Below are positions 1 through 10,135 of a stretch of DNA of 35,113 bases, one piece after another. The position numbers and the translations under genes were made by a program. The notes beneath the pieces were generated by a model, which saw only the letters and a program-made list of their open reading frames with translations, searched no databases and was not told the origin of the DNA. Position 1 is the stretch's first letter; each line of letters opens with the position of its first letter. Origin of the DNA: an uncultured Bacteroides sp. (lineage in GTDB: Bacteria; Bacteroidota; Bacteroidia; Bacteroidales; Bacteroidaceae). Location: the NCBI GenBank assembly GCA_964431195.1, contig CAYSIQ010000007.1:1-35113 (forward strand), written 5' to 3'.

Positions 1-282
1 GACGGTTATGGATTGACCCCCGATGTGAAGACCCTTGATATTGCAGGATATGAGGTTTACTATATTGACAAACACCTGTACATTATCAACCCACATTTAA
101 GCAATGAGGCCGTTGCGTCCCTGTTGGACAGGTATCAATCGGATGCGGGCTTCAATCCTCAAAACATCGTAATATACGGGTACGCCCTTTCATGGAGCGA
201 ACTGCAGGGGTTGAAAGACAGCCTCCGGGTAATACGGGACGGGGAGAAGAACATGCGTATCAACTTTGATGTCCGGTACTGA
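1..282 (+). CDS. mod: Type III R-M methyltransferase (Mod), C-terminal part, truncated by the window edge
   Basis: Frame is open from base 1 (DGYGLTPDVK...). It ends ...NIVIYGYALSWSELQGLKDSLR...FDVRY, which resembles the C-terminus of StyLTI/EcoP15I-type Mod. Stop at 280-282 is 1 bp before the res ATG. Confidence 0.8.
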   Translation, partial: DGYGLTPDVKTLDIAGYEVYYIDKHLYIINPHLSNEAVASLLDRYQSDAGFNPQNIVIYGYALSWSELQGLKDSLRVIRDGEKNMRINFDVRY

Positions 283-283
283 T

Positions 284-3250
284 ATGGAACTTATCCTTCA
301 GCCTTCATTGCCGCATCAGCAAACAGGCGTGGACGCCGTTGCCGATGTCTTTGCCGGTACGGCGATAAAGCCGCCGGCGATGCTCTATGCCAATCCCGAA
401 ATAATCCTGTCAAAAGATGGGGTGGGTCAAAATATTGTTGCTATACAGAAGAGGAACAACATACAACCGGAGAATTGTGCATATTCTCATGATGCAAGTT
501 GCCTGAACCTTGACATCAAGATGGAAACGGGTACGGGTAAAACATACGTTTATACCCGGACGATGTATGAGTTGCACAAACGGTATGGTATCAATAAATT
601 TATTGTTGCCGTACCTACGCTTCCGATCAAGGCTGGAGCGAGACAATTTATGGAGGACGGTTATGTCAAACGTCATTTCCGGGATGTGTGCGGATATGAT
701 GCAGAAATCGAATTGCTCACTTTGGAGCCGCCCAAGAAAAAAAAGAAAGGCAGGCAATATTTCCCAGCAGCCGTAAGTGAATTTGTAAAGGGATCGAACA
801 GGGATACCAAAAAGATTTATGTCCTTTTGGCAAATATGCAACTGTTGAAGGTTGCCAAGAACTATATGCTCAGTCGCGATGATTACGGAAGCGTCATCGA
901 GGGGTTTTATCGCCCGTTTGACGCTCTCCGCGCCACCCGTCCGTTCGTCATCATTGACGAGCCGCACAAGTTCTCGCGCGACCAAAAGGCTTTCGGCGTA
1001 ATCAAGGACGAGATTAACCCTCAATGTATTATCCGGTACGGCGCGACTTTCCCGGAAACGATGTCCGGCAAGGGTAAAAATAAAACGGTAGTACATGACT
1101 ATTTGAACCTGCTCTACGACCTGAATGCCTGCGAAGCATTCAACCAAGGATTGATTAAAGGCGTTGCCAAAGAACATCTTGAACCGGCTTCAAAAAGGGA
1201 AGAAAAAATAAAACTGTTGTCGGTTGCCAAAAACGAAGAAGCCATCTTCCAGCATAAAAGTGCAGGCAATCCGACAAAGACCTATCGTTTGCAAGTAAAT
1301 GACTCGTTGTCGGTAATTTCCGAAGAGTTCAATGGCATCACAATACAAGCGATAGACAAGAATGCCATTGAATTGTCCAACGGATTGATCAAGACCGTCG
1401 GCGAGGAGATGAACGTGGACATTTATATGCAATCATACCAGGAGCAGATGCTGCGTCTTGCTATAGAACGCCATTTTGAAACCGAACGGGAGAATTTCTG
1501 CGGGCGCACGTTCAAAATCAAAACTCTGGCACTTTTTTTCATTGATGACATTACCTCCTATCGGGAAAGCGAGGATGGAAAGAAGCCGTATTTATTGGAG
1601 GCTTTTGAAAGATTGCTCAAAGAGAAATTGATTGCAACAATAAAAGGGCTGGATGAATCGGAGGCAGAATACCGGGAATATCTCGAAGCCAGTTTAAACC
1701 ATATTGGCGAATGTCATGGAGGGTATTTTGCTCAAGACAACAGTTCGTCGGACGAGGACATTGCCAATGAAGTAAATGATATTCTGAACGGCAAGAAACA
1801 ACTGCTTGCATTTAGAGACAAAGACGGGGAATATATTTTGCGCCGATTCTTATTCTCAAAGTGGACTCTGAAGGAGGGATGGGATAATCCGAATGTATTT
1901 ACTATTGCAAAACTTAGGTCGAGCGGAAGTGAAACATCGAAATTGCAGGAAGTAGGTCGAGGGTTGCGGCTGCCTGTCGATGAGTGCGGCAACCGTATCT
2001 CCAATCAAGAGTTCATGTTGAACTACATCGTAGATTTTACCGAAGCTGATTTTGCCAATAAACTCGTTGAGCAAATTAATAGTGAAGTACCAGGCTCTGC
2101 ATCTGTTTCATTGGAGCAGATTAAATTAGTGGCAGGGAAAATGGGCAAAGAAGGAGAAACTTTGCTTATCGAGCTCCTGTCAAAGAATTATATTAACTTA
2201 GAACGCGACATCATTCCGGCGAACAAGACTCAGTTCTTTGAAGAGTATCCGTTATTCAAGTCCGGATTAGAAGCGAGAAAAATCAAAGACCGCAACAAGA
2301 CATCTGAAAAACCGGTCGGCATCCGCAAGGCCCGGTTTGCCGAAATCCGGGAATTGTGGAGGACTCTCAATCAAAGATATACCATTTGGTACGATGACAC
2401 TATCAATGCTGATTTGGAGAAAGGCTTGTCTGAAATATTAGAGAATCCTTCTGTTTTCTCTGAACAGGTTATTTCAAGCCACAGGGATATAGTCCGAAAT
2501 GATGGCGGACAAATGAGGGCAGAGACGGGCAACGGCGTGCAGTACGCCATTGCCGATTCACTACCTTACGGGCTTTTCTTAAAACGGGTATCGTCGGCGA
2601 CCAACATCCCTATTCCAATGATGCATAGGTCTATTTGCGACTATGTGAAGAGGCATGGGAACATAGACGACAAATACTTCAATGAACAAACCATAAGTTC
2701 AATAATCCGTAGTTTTTCCGAATGGAAGATAAATACTCTTCAAGGGCGGTTTAGCTACAAAAAAACCAACGGACGAGCCGGCGCGACAGCCCTCACTCAT
2801 AACGATGGATCCGTCCGAGAGAATATTGCACAAGGAAGGATTGGCATCAAGATAGAAGAAGGGGTTCCCATGAAGAAGTATTTATATGATGTCAAGGCTT
2901 ATGATTCACCATTGGAGTTGGAGAATATCAATGCTTCGATTGACGAAGTGATCGTCTATGGAAAGATTCCACGTAATAGCATCGCAATTCCTACCATTAC
3001 CGGAGAGTCATACAGTCCCGACTTTATGTATGTCGTCAGAAAAGACAACGGAGAGAAAGAACTCAATATCGTCGTGGAGACTAAGGACGTTGAAAACAAG
3101 TCAACTCTTCGCGGCATCGAGGATGTAAAAATTAAATGTGCGGAGGTGTTTTTCAATAATTTGCTGGCACAAGGATATAATGTATATTTCCGAACACAAC
3201 TCAACAATAAGAAAATGCTGCAGATTGTGAAAGAGATATTACAGGGATAA
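284..3250 (+). CDS. res: Type III restriction endonuclease Res subunit (EcoP15I/StyLTI-like), intact
   Basis: SF2 helicase motifs METGTGKT, IIDEPH, LKEGWDNPNVF and QEVGRGLR; C-terminal PD-(D/E)xK nuclease YSPDF...VVETK. Likely start is ATG 284 (MELILQ). Confidence 0.95.
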   Translation: MELILQPSLPHQQTGVDAVADVFAGTAIKPPAMLYANPEIILSKDGVGQNIVAIQKRNNIQPENCAYSHDASCLNLDIKMETGTGKTYVYTRTMYELHKRYGINKFIVAVPTLPIKAGARQFMEDGYVKRHFRDVCGYDAEIELLTLEPPKKKKKGRQYFPAAVSEFVKGSNRDTKKIYVLLANMQLLKVAKNYMLSRDDYGSVIEGFYRPFDALRATRPFVIIDEPHKFSRDQKAFGVIKDEINPQCIIRYGATFPETMSGKGKNKTVVHDYLNLLYDLNACEAFNQGLIKGVAKEHLEPASKREEKIKLLSVAKNEEAIFQHKSAGNPTKTYRLQVNDSLSVISEEFNGITIQAIDKNAIELSNGLIKTVGEEMNVDIYMQSYQEQMLRLAIERHFETERENFCGRTFKIKTLALFFIDDITSYRESEDGKKPYLLEAFERLLKEKLIATIKGLDESEAEYREYLEASLNHIGECHGGYFAQDNSSSDEDIANEVNDILNGKKQLLAFRDKDGEYILRRFLFSKWTLKEGWDNPNVFTIAKLRSSGSETSKLQEVGRGLRLPVDECGNRISNQEFMLNYIVDFTEADFANKLVEQINSEVPGSASVSLEQIKLVAGKMGKEGETLLIELLSKNYINLERDIIPANKTQFFEEYPLFKSGLEARKIKDRNKTSEKPVGIRKARFAEIRELWRTLNQRYTIWYDDTINADLEKGLSEILENPSVFSEQVISSHRDIVRNDGGQMRAETGNGVQYAIADSLPYGLFLKRVSSATNIPIPMMHRSICDYVKRHGNIDDKYFNEQTISSIIRSFSEWKINTLQGRFSYKKTNGRAGATALTHNDGSVRENIAQGRIGIKIEEGVPMKKYLYDVKAYDSPLELENINASIDEVIVYGKIPRNSIAIPTITGESYSPDFMYVVRKDNGEKELNIVVETKDVENKSTLRGIEDVKIKCAEVFFNNLLAQGYNVYFRTQLNNKKMLQIVKEILQG

Positions 3251-3253
3251 TAT

Positions 3254-3580
3254 GTGACTAAATATGATAACGAAAAACGAAATACAATCTCTCATAGTAC
3301 AGAGACCTATCTGATAGAGCAAACTATATCTACAAGCAATATGGATAAGTTCTGCGAGGCGGTTTGTGCTTTTGCTAACGATTTGCTCGATTCTCTCAGA
3401 AAAGAATATTTATTTATCGGAGTTTACGATGACGGGCATCTGTCTGGATTAAAAGTAGATGATGATTTACTCAGAAAGATAGCCGCTATTCGTTCAGACG
3501 GCAATATTCTGCCTCTGCTGTGATGACGGTTGATAAGATTGAGCTCCCTGAAGGAGATTTACTGGTAGCGGAGATTTCAG
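3254..3580 (+). pseudogene. Schlafen/AlbA_2 DNA-binding-domain gene remnant (frameshifted and truncated)
   Basis: DKFCEAVCAFAND...YLFIGVYDDG is the AlbA_2 signature. Stop at 3521-3523, but a shifted frame continues VMTVDKIELPEGDLLVAEIS to about 3580 and then breaks off. Confidence 0.75.
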
Positions 3581-4030
3581 AACTGTAACAAATACCATAA
3601 AGTCAACTTCGCCGGCAATGATACCACGTTCACCGACAAATACCTGAGCCTCACGCTCGGATGGATCGACATAATCGATATGACCATTGAGAAAACGGGG
3701 ATGGAAGAGAGGGACAACGCCATATTCAAGATATACCAAGGCGAAGAGAAAGAGCCGGCATTCATGACCGTCATCCTTACCGGCAACGACAAAGTAGCCG
3801 GCGGCGCACGGAAGAAGACGATAAAGGTCGAAGAGGGCACATGGATTGTCAAGGAGGCTCCGTGGAGCTGGGCATACGGCTGCAGCCCTCCCAGCATAAC
3901 ACGTGATTTGTGGAGGGAAACCCCCGAAAGCGAGCGGACATTCAAGTTTGAGAACACATCGGAAACGGACACCCCGAAACATGCGGAGTCGGCAGTGACA
4001 AACGAATTGGTTCCGCCCCCGCAGCCATGA
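3581..4030 (+). pseudogene. 3' fragment of a probable Bacteroidales surface/fimbrial-associated protein
   Basis: Frame is open from about 3569 with no convincing start or signal peptide (NCNKYHKVNFAGNDTT...WIVKEAPWSWAY...PKHAESAVTN). Beta-strand-like sequence; base composition changes at about 3580. Family assignment is by resemblance only. Confidence 0.45.
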
Positions 4031-4135
4031 CCCGTCCAGATGCCTCGGCCTGTCCCGGATGGCCGCGCCCCTGCGCGGCGGGCAGCTGTGAATAATCGTA
4101 ACCCGTTGGAATAGAGGGCACTTGCAGGGCTATAT

Positions 4136-4227
4136 TCCCCTGCGTGGCGGCATGCGTATGTTATCATTTGCTACATACGTATGTTACTTCCTGTTGCATA
4201 CGTATGCCACAAGGGGATGCGCATGCC
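4136..4227. repeat. Palindromic array, three CATRCGTATG units at 23 bp period inside an imperfect inverted repeat
   Basis: CATGCGTATG at 4151, CATACGTATG at 4174 and CATACGTATG at 4197, flanked by TCCCCTGCGTGGC ... GCCACAAGGGGA. Lies between convergent genes. Confidence 0.75.
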
Positions 4228-4233
4228 GGTTGA

Positions 4234-7200
4234 TCAGCCGGCGGGATGCTTCATCTTGCGCTTCACTTTCCACTGCACCTTATAGATCATCACGAAGAAG
4301 AAAGGCACCAGCACGATGCCGAACACGATGGCGAATATCATCCCGAAGAACACGCCTGTGCCAATGGCCTGCCGGCTTGCCGAGCCCGGCCCGGAGGCCA
4401 GCACCATGGGAAGCATGCCCAGCACGAAAGCCAGCGATGTCATCAGGATGGGGCGGAAGCGGAGCTGCGCCGCATGGATGGCCGCGCACACCAAGTCGAC
4501 TCCGGCATCCACCTGCACCTTGGCGAACTCTACGATCAGGATGGCGTTCTTGGCGGCAAGGCCCACCAGCATCACCAGCCCGATCTGGAAATAGATGTCG
4601 TTCTCCAACCCGCAGACGACCGTGCCCAAGTAGGCGCCCAAGGCGGCCACCGGCAGCGAGATCAGCACGGCGACGGGCACAGTCCAGCTTTCGTAAAGCG
4701 CCGCTAAGAACAGGAACACGAACAGGAACACCAACGTCAGCACGGCACCAGTCTGCCCGCCCGCTTCCTTTTCCTGGTAGGACAGTCCGCTCCACTCCAA
4801 GCCGATATTGTCGGGCAGGTGCTCGCGGGTTATCTGTTCCATAATCTTCATCGCCTGTCCTGAGCTGTACCCGTGCGCGGCCTCCCCCCTGATAACGGCC
4901 GAGGTGAACATGTTGAACCGCTTGATGCTCCCGGGACCGGTGGTGTAGTCGGCCGTGCCCAATGCCGTAAGCGGTATCATGGAGCCATTAGCCGCGCGCA
5001 CGAAGAACAGGTTGATATTGTCCCTATGGGCGCGGAAAGGCGCCTCCGCCTGCACGTAAACGCGGTAAATGCGGTTGAACATGTTGAAGTCGTTGACGTA
5101 AATCGATCCCGTATAGGCTTTCATGGTCGAGAACACGTCCGCTAAGGGAACGCCCAGCATCTTCACCTTGTCGCGGTCGACATCGAAGTAAAGCTGCGGG
5201 ATGTCAGCCTGCAATGCCGATGACACGCCCGACAACTCTTTGCGCTGCTGCGCGTAATACATCAAGGTGTCCGTCACCTGCACCAGGTTGTCGAAAGTCG
5301 CGTCGCCCCGCGCCTCCAGCTGCATTTCAAAACCGCCCGAAGTTCCCAGTCCGGGGATGACAGGGGGCGTGGAAAGATAGACCTTGCATTCGGGGTATTT
5401 TGACAGCTCTTCCTTCACCTCTTCCATCACCTCTTCAATGCCAACGTCTTCCCGTTCCTCCCACGGCTTCAGGATAACGGTCAGCATGCTGCGCGCCTGG
5501 TTAGTGCCCACGCGCTGGCTCGAGCCGGTAACGTTCTGCACGTATTCCACGTATGGGTTCTGCATCAGGTAATTCACGGCGCGGTCGGTCACGGCGCGGG
5601 TACGTTCCAGCGTGGAGCCCTCGGGCAGCTCCAACTCAACCTTGAAGTAGCCTTGGTCTTCCACCGGCAGGAAGCTGGTAGGGATCATGCGGTGGATCAG
5701 GAGAATGGCCGCCAGCACGCATCCGAAAGCGACCATAACCCGCTTGGGGTTCTTGATCGAACGGTCGATGTAGCCGACGTAGCGGTAGTTGCCGAAAGCC
5801 AGCCACCGGTTGATCTTGCGGAAGACGAGGTTCTTTTTGCCGTTGTCGGGGCGCAGGATCAGCGAGCACATCACCGGGCTGAGAGTCAATGCCACAACAG
5901 TGGACAACAGCACGGACACCGCGATGGTAATGGTGAACTGCCGGTAGAGCTGCCCGGTGATGCCGCTTAGGAAACTTACCGGGACAAACACGGCGCATAG
6001 CACCAGCGAGGTGGCGACCAAGGCACTAGTCAGCCCCGTCATAGACTTTTTGGTTGCCTCATAGGGCGACAGCCGCTCAGTCTCCATCAAGTGCTCCACA
6101 TTCTCCACTACCACGATGGCATCGTCCACCACAATGCCGATGGCAAGCACCAGCCCGAGCAAAGTCAGCATGTTCAGCGTGAAGCCGAAAATAAGCATGA
6201 AACCGAACGTGCCTATCAGAGAAATAGGCACGGCAACGAGCGGGATCACCGTGGCGCGCCAGCTTTGCAAGGAAAGGTAAACCACGATAATCACCAGCAC
6301 CAATGCCTCGAGCAGTGTCTTATATACCTCGTGGATGGATTCGGAGATGTAGTCCGTCATATCGAACGGTATTTCATAGCTCATCCCCTCGGGGAAAGTG
6401 GCACTGATTTCTTCCATCGTTTCCTTCACCCGGTCGGCCACTTCCATCGCGTTGGCGCCGGGCAGGGTGTAAACGGACATTACGGCCGCGTTTTCACCGT
6501 TAATGCCGCTCTCCGTGTTGTAGGATTGGGCTTCCAGCGATACACGCGCCACATCACGCAGGCGGATGCTGGATCCGTTGGCGTTGGCGCGCAGGATGAT
6601 GTCCTCAAACTGGCTGGCCGTGCTCAGTCGCCCGTGCGTGGTGATAGGAATCGTGATGTCCACGCCGTTGGTGGGTTGCTGCCCCAGCACGCCGGCGGCA
6701 GCCTCGCGGTTCTGGTCTTTCAGCGCGTTCTGCAAGTCTTGCACCGTAAGGCCAAAATTGGCCAGCTTGTCGGGCGACACCCAAATCTGCATGGCATAGT
6801 AACGGCTGCCGATGTTGGACACACGCCCCACGCCGGGGATGCGCCGCAAGAGGTCGAGCACATTCAACGTGCAGAAGTTGCTAAGGTAGATTTCATCGAA
6901 CTTGGGGTCGCTGGAACGTAGGCAGATGGTCATCAGCTGGCTGGGCGATTGCTTTTCTACCGAGATGCCGTTCTGTATCACCTCCGCAGGCAGGCGGTTT
7001 TCAGCCAATTTCACGCGGTTCTGTATTTCCACGGCAGCCAAGTCGGGATTGGAAGAAATGTCGAACGTCACCGTAGCCGAAAACCCGCCGGAATTGGAAC
7101 TGGTCGATTCCATGTAGAGCATGCCGGGCGTCCCGTTCAGTTCCTGTTCGATAGGGGTAGCCACAGCTTGCGACACCGTCAGGGCACTGGCGCCCGGATA

Positions 7201-7347
7201 GCTCGCGTCGATCTTTACCACCGGCGGAGTTATCTGCGGATACTGGTCAATGGGCAACATCGTCAACCCGATGATACCTACCAGCACAATGAGGATGGAA
7301 ATCACCATCGAGAAGACAGGACGGTCTATGAAAAAAGTAATCTTCAT
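4234..7347 (-). CDS. RND efflux transporter permease (HAE1, AcrB/BepE-like)
   Basis: 1037 aa; FFIDRPVF start, GIVVDDAIVVVENV, AKNAILIVEFA and LRFRPILMTS motifs. Confidence 0.97.
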   Translation of the reverse strand: MKITFFIDRPVFSMVISILIVLVGIIGLTMLPIDQYPQITPPVVKIDASYPGASALTVSQAVATPIEQELNGTPGMLYMESTSSNSGGFSATVTFDISSNPDLAAVEIQNRVKLAENRLPAEVIQNGISVEKQSPSQLMTICLRSSDPKFDEIYLSNFCTLNVLDLLRRIPGVGRVSNIGSRYYAMQIWVSPDKLANFGLTVQDLQNALKDQNREAAAGVLGQQPTNGVDITIPITTHGRLSTASQFEDIILRANANGSSIRLRDVARVSLEAQSYNTESGINGENAAVMSVYTLPGANAMEVADRVKETMEEISATFPEGMSYEIPFDMTDYISESIHEVYKTLLEALVLVIIVVYLSLQSWRATVIPLVAVPISLIGTFGFMLIFGFTLNMLTLLGLVLAIGIVVDDAIVVVENVEHLMETERLSPYEATKKSMTGLTSALVATSLVLCAVFVPVSFLSGITGQLYRQFTITIAVSVLLSTVVALTLSPVMCSLILRPDNGKKNLVFRKINRWLAFGNYRYVGYIDRSIKNPKRVMVAFGCVLAAILLIHRMIPTSFLPVEDQGYFKVELELPEGSTLERTRAVTDRAVNYLMQNPYVEYVQNVTGSSQRVGTNQARSMLTVILKPWEEREDVGIEEVMEEVKEELSKYPECKVYLSTPPVIPGLGTSGGFEMQLEARGDATFDNLVQVTDTLMYYAQQRKELSGVSSALQADIPQLYFDVDRDKVKMLGVPLADVFSTMKAYTGSIYVNDFNMFNRIYRVYVQAEAPFRAHRDNINLFFVRAANGSMIPLTALGTADYTTGPGSIKRFNMFTSAVIRGEAAHGYSSGQAMKIMEQITREHLPDNIGLEWSGLSYQEKEAGGQTGAVLTLVFLFVFLFLAALYESWTVPVAVLISLPVAALGAYLGTVVCGLENDIYFQIGLVMLVGLAAKNAILIVEFAKVQVDAGVDLVCAAIHAAQLRFRPILMTSLAFVLGMLPMVLASGPGSASRQAIGTGVFFGMIFAIVFGIVLVPFFFVMIYKVQWKVKRKMKHPAG

Positions 7348-7362
7348 ACGTTCTCTCCGTTT

Positions 7363-8607
7363 TTATTCTTGTTCGCTGGCCGCATTCTCATCTTTCATCT
7401 TGTTCAGCGAGCTATCGGCTTTCTCCTCATCGCCGGCGGCGGGAGCCGGAGCCTGCGGGCGCACTTTCATGCCCGGGGTCAGCTTGTGGAATCCTTCCAC
7501 CACCACATTCTCGCCGGCAACCAGTCCACGCTCGATCACGGTGTTGTTGCCGAATTCCGGGCCTACCTCCACGAAACGGCGTTCCACCACCGAATCGCGC
7601 CGCATCACAAAGATGTAAGCACCGCCCTTTTCAATCGTAATGGCTTTTTGTGGCACGCCTACGGCATTCTCACGCACATCAAGCAACAGTTTCACGTTGG
7701 TAAACTGTCCCGGCAGCAGGACACGGTCAGGATTAGGCATCTCGGCACGGACAGAGAAGGTGCCGGTCTGCGGGTCAACCTGCGGTTCGGCAAAATCCAC
7801 ATAACCTCTATGAGGGTAGATGGTATTATCGGCCAGCGTAATGGTGATGTTGGGCTGCCACGAGCGCGATGAATCTTGCTGTCCCAACTCCACGTTGCGC
7901 TCTTTGCTCTTCAAATAGTCGAGTGCCGTCATGCTGAAGTCCACCAGCACGGTATCGCTTTTCACCACGGTAGCAAGCAACGATTTGCCGCCGCCCGGCC
8001 CTACCAAAGTGCCGAGGTCGACGTTCCGCTCGCTGATATGTCCTGACAGAGGCGAACGGACTACCGTATATCCCAACTCCAGTTCGGCCTGGTCTAAATC
8101 GGCTTGGCTCATAGATACCGATGCTTCGGCTGTTTCGTAGGCAGCCTGCGCATTGTCCAAGTCAAGCTGGCTGGCCGCATTCTGGGCATAGAGGGGACGG
8201 ATGCGCTCCAAGTCGCGCTTGGCTTTCAGCGCTTGCGCCTCGTCTTTCTTCAGTTGGGCGCGAGCCTTGTCTGCCTTTGCCCGATATTGGTCTTGGTTGA
8301 TGACGAACAGCACTTGGTTTTTCTTCACATACGTGCCCTCCGCAAAGAGCATACTCTCCAAATAGCCTTCCACACGGGCGCGCACCTCCACGAACTGCTG
8401 TGCGCGGATGCGGCCAACGTATTCTCCATAGATCTCCACGTCGCCGTTGATGGCCGGTTCCACGATCACCGTCGGCCACTCAGGTTCTGCCTTACGCGGC
8501 CATGCCCAGATGATATAGCCTATGAGCGACACAACCAAGATAGTACATATTACTATCAGCTTTTTCTTACTGAATTTCAATTCCTTTTTTATAAAAAAGC
8601 GTTTCAT
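7363..8607 (-). CDS. RND efflux periplasmic adaptor (membrane fusion protein)
   Basis: N-terminal TM anchor; VEVRARVEGYL, VRSPLSG, VDPQTGT and LLPGQF motifs; directly upstream of the permease. Confidence 0.96.
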   Translation of the reverse strand: MKRFFIKKELKFSKKKLIVICTILVVSLIGYIIWAWPRKAEPEWPTVIVEPAINGDVEIYGEYVGRIRAQQFVEVRARVEGYLESMLFAEGTYVKKNQVLFVINQDQYRAKADKARAQLKKDEAQALKAKRDLERIRPLYAQNAASQLDLDNAQAAYETAEASVSMSQADLDQAELELGYTVVRSPLSGHISERNVDLGTLVGPGGGKSLLATVVKSDTVLVDFSMTALDYLKSKERNVELGQQDSSRSWQPNITITLADNTIYPHRGYVDFAEPQVDPQTGTFSVRAEMPNPDRVLLPGQFTNVKLLLDVRENAVGVPQKAITIEKGGAYIFVMRRDSVVERRFVEVGPEFGNNTVIERGLVAGENVVVEGFHKLTPGMKVRPQAPAPAAGDEEKADSSLNKMKDENAASEQE

Positions 8608-8714
8608 GCTTGTTTGATATTTAATTATATCGGTTACTTTTTCGTGCGCGGCGCAAATCCGGTGTCATAACCGGTTGAACCCTGCTTCTGATTCCAAGAA
8701 ACCCTATTGTACCG

Positions 8715-8722
8715 CAAAACTA
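8715..8722 (-). promoter_or_regulatory. Candidate Bacteroidetes sigma-A -7 element for the RND operon
   Basis: Minus-strand TAGTTTTG matches TAnnTTTG, about 108 bp upstream of the MFP ATG. Confidence 0.45.
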
Positions 8723-8779
8723 TAAAAATAAAAGCATTCGCCCAATATTCCCTTAAAAATCTGTTGTGTCCTCCTCCAA

Positions 8780-10009
8780 TCAAGGCATCAGCAACGAAGC
8801 ATCCCCGTAACTCAAGAAACGGAAATCGTGTGCCAATGCATAGTCGTAAATGGTGCGCCAATCGCCATGCACAAAGGCGGATACCAGCAACAGCAAGGTG
8901 CTTTGCGGCTGATGGAAGTTGGTCACCATGGCCTGCACCACTTTATAGTCATAGCCCGGAACGATGATGAGTTGCGTGCCGGCGTGCAAAGCCTCCAGTT
9001 CATGCCGGTTCATATAGTCCAGCACCGCCAGCAAGGCGACATCCGGAGGGGTGGCCGCCTCTGCTTCCGTCAATTCATAGGGTTGCCACTGGCTGACGTG
9101 CAGCCGGTCGTCCGGAACATCGGGATTGCGCAGCAGCATGAGCCCGATGTGATAGAGGCTTTCAAGCGTTCGCACCGATGTCGTGCCTACGGCAATGGCC
9201 TGCCCGCCGTGAGCCAGCAATTTTTGCAACGTGCCGCGCGATGCCGAGATGTGTTCCGTATGCATTTCGTGCCCGGCAATCTCCTCGCTCTTCACGGGAC
9301 GGAAAGTACCTGCCCCCACGTGGAGGGTCAGTTCCTCCAAATCCACGCCGCAACGGCGCAAGTTCGCAAGCACGCGGCCGGTAAAGTGCAGGCCGGCTGT
9401 AGGCGCCGCCACCGAACCTTTGATTTTGGAGTAAACAGTCTGGTAGGTTTCCTTGTCGCTTTCCTGCGCCTCGCGGTTCAGGTAGGGCGGGATAGGGAGT
9501 TCGCCAAACACTTCCAGGATGTCGGCAAAGTTTACCTCGTCATTGTCCCAGCGGAAATCGACACGATGGCAATCGCCTCTGCATTCGCCTCGCTCGGCAG
9601 TGAGGACGAGCCGGCATCCTTTCACTGTCATTTCGCGATGCAGTACGCCCTCTTTCCACTTCTTCAGATTGCCGACCAAGCAAAGCCATGCCACTTGAGA
9701 AGCCTGCCGGAAGTTAAGGGCATAATCATTGGGTTCAAGTGGCTCGAGGCAAAACACTTCGATAAGCGCTCCCGTCTCCTTGCGGAAATGCAGGCGGGCC
9801 TGTATCACTTTGGTATTGTTGAATATCATCAGGCTGTCCGAGGAAATATAGCGGGGCAAAGAAGCGAAGATATTTTCGCTAACCTGCCCGTGGCGGTAAA
9901 GAAGCAGCTTGGACTGGTCACGCGCCGGCATAGGGAACTTGGCGATGCGTTCATCAGGCAGAGGATAATCAAATTCGCTGATGCGGATATGCCGGGGCTC
10001 TTGTTTCAT
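8780..10009 (-). CDS. queA: S-adenosylmethionine:tRNA ribosyltransferase-isomerase
   Basis: FDYPLPDERIA, PIPPYLNR, YQTVY, SVAAPTAGLHFT, LHVGAGTF, VGTTSVRTLES, TNFHQPQSTLL and FLSYGDA motifs. Likely start is ATG 10009 (MKQEPRH), not the 10339 ORF start. Confidence 0.96.
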   Translation of the reverse strand: MKQEPRHIRISEFDYPLPDERIAKFPMPARDQSKLLLYRHGQVSENIFASLPRYISSDSLMIFNNTKVIQARLHFRKETGALIEVFCLEPLEPNDYALNFRQASQVAWLCLVGNLKKWKEGVLHREMTVKGCRLVLTAERGECRGDCHRVDFRWDNDEVNFADILEVFGELPIPPYLNREAQESDKETYQTVYSKIKGSVAAPTAGLHFTGRVLANLRRCGVDLEELTLHVGAGTFRPVKSEEIAGHEMHTEHISASRGTLQKLLAHGGQAIAVGTTSVRTLESLYHIGLMLLRNPDVPDDRLHVSQWQPYELTEAEAATPPDVALLAVLDYMNRHELEALHAGTQLIIVPGYDYKVVQAMVTNFHQPQSTLLLLVSAFVHGDWRTIYDYALAHDFRFLSYGDASLLMP

Positions 10010-10033
10010 GACAAATCGGGTTATTACGGGGCG

Positions 10034-10092
10034 CAAAGGTACGGATATTTCTGTTTTTATAGACCGCGTTCCATGCTTTTTCCCTATTTTTG
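10034..10092. promoter_or_regulatory. Divergent sigma-A -7 elements for queA and the GSCFA/murF-alr operon
   Basis: Minus-strand TACCTTTG at 10034-10041; plus-strand TATTTTTG at 10085-10092. Confidence 0.65.
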
Positions 10093-10135
10093 CCGGGCGG
10101 AGAGCCGGGCTTCCCGTTACAAGCCATTTGCATTT

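Noticed and set aside
737-744. A8 tract in res as a phase-variation switch
   Set aside because: It encodes an in-frame Lys run (PPKKKKKGR); the tract is short and there is no evidence of length variation.
4151-4206. Mini-CRISPR interpretation of the periodic palindromes
   Set aside because: Units are 10-14 bp with 8-13 bp linkers, far below CRISPR dimensions, and no cas genes are present.
8828-10135. 769 aa ORF suggesting a long N-terminal extension of GSCFA (and the 519 aa queA ORF extension to 10339)
   Set aside because: The extensions are antisense shadows of the neighbouring gene; divergent promoters at 10034-10092 support the shorter starts.
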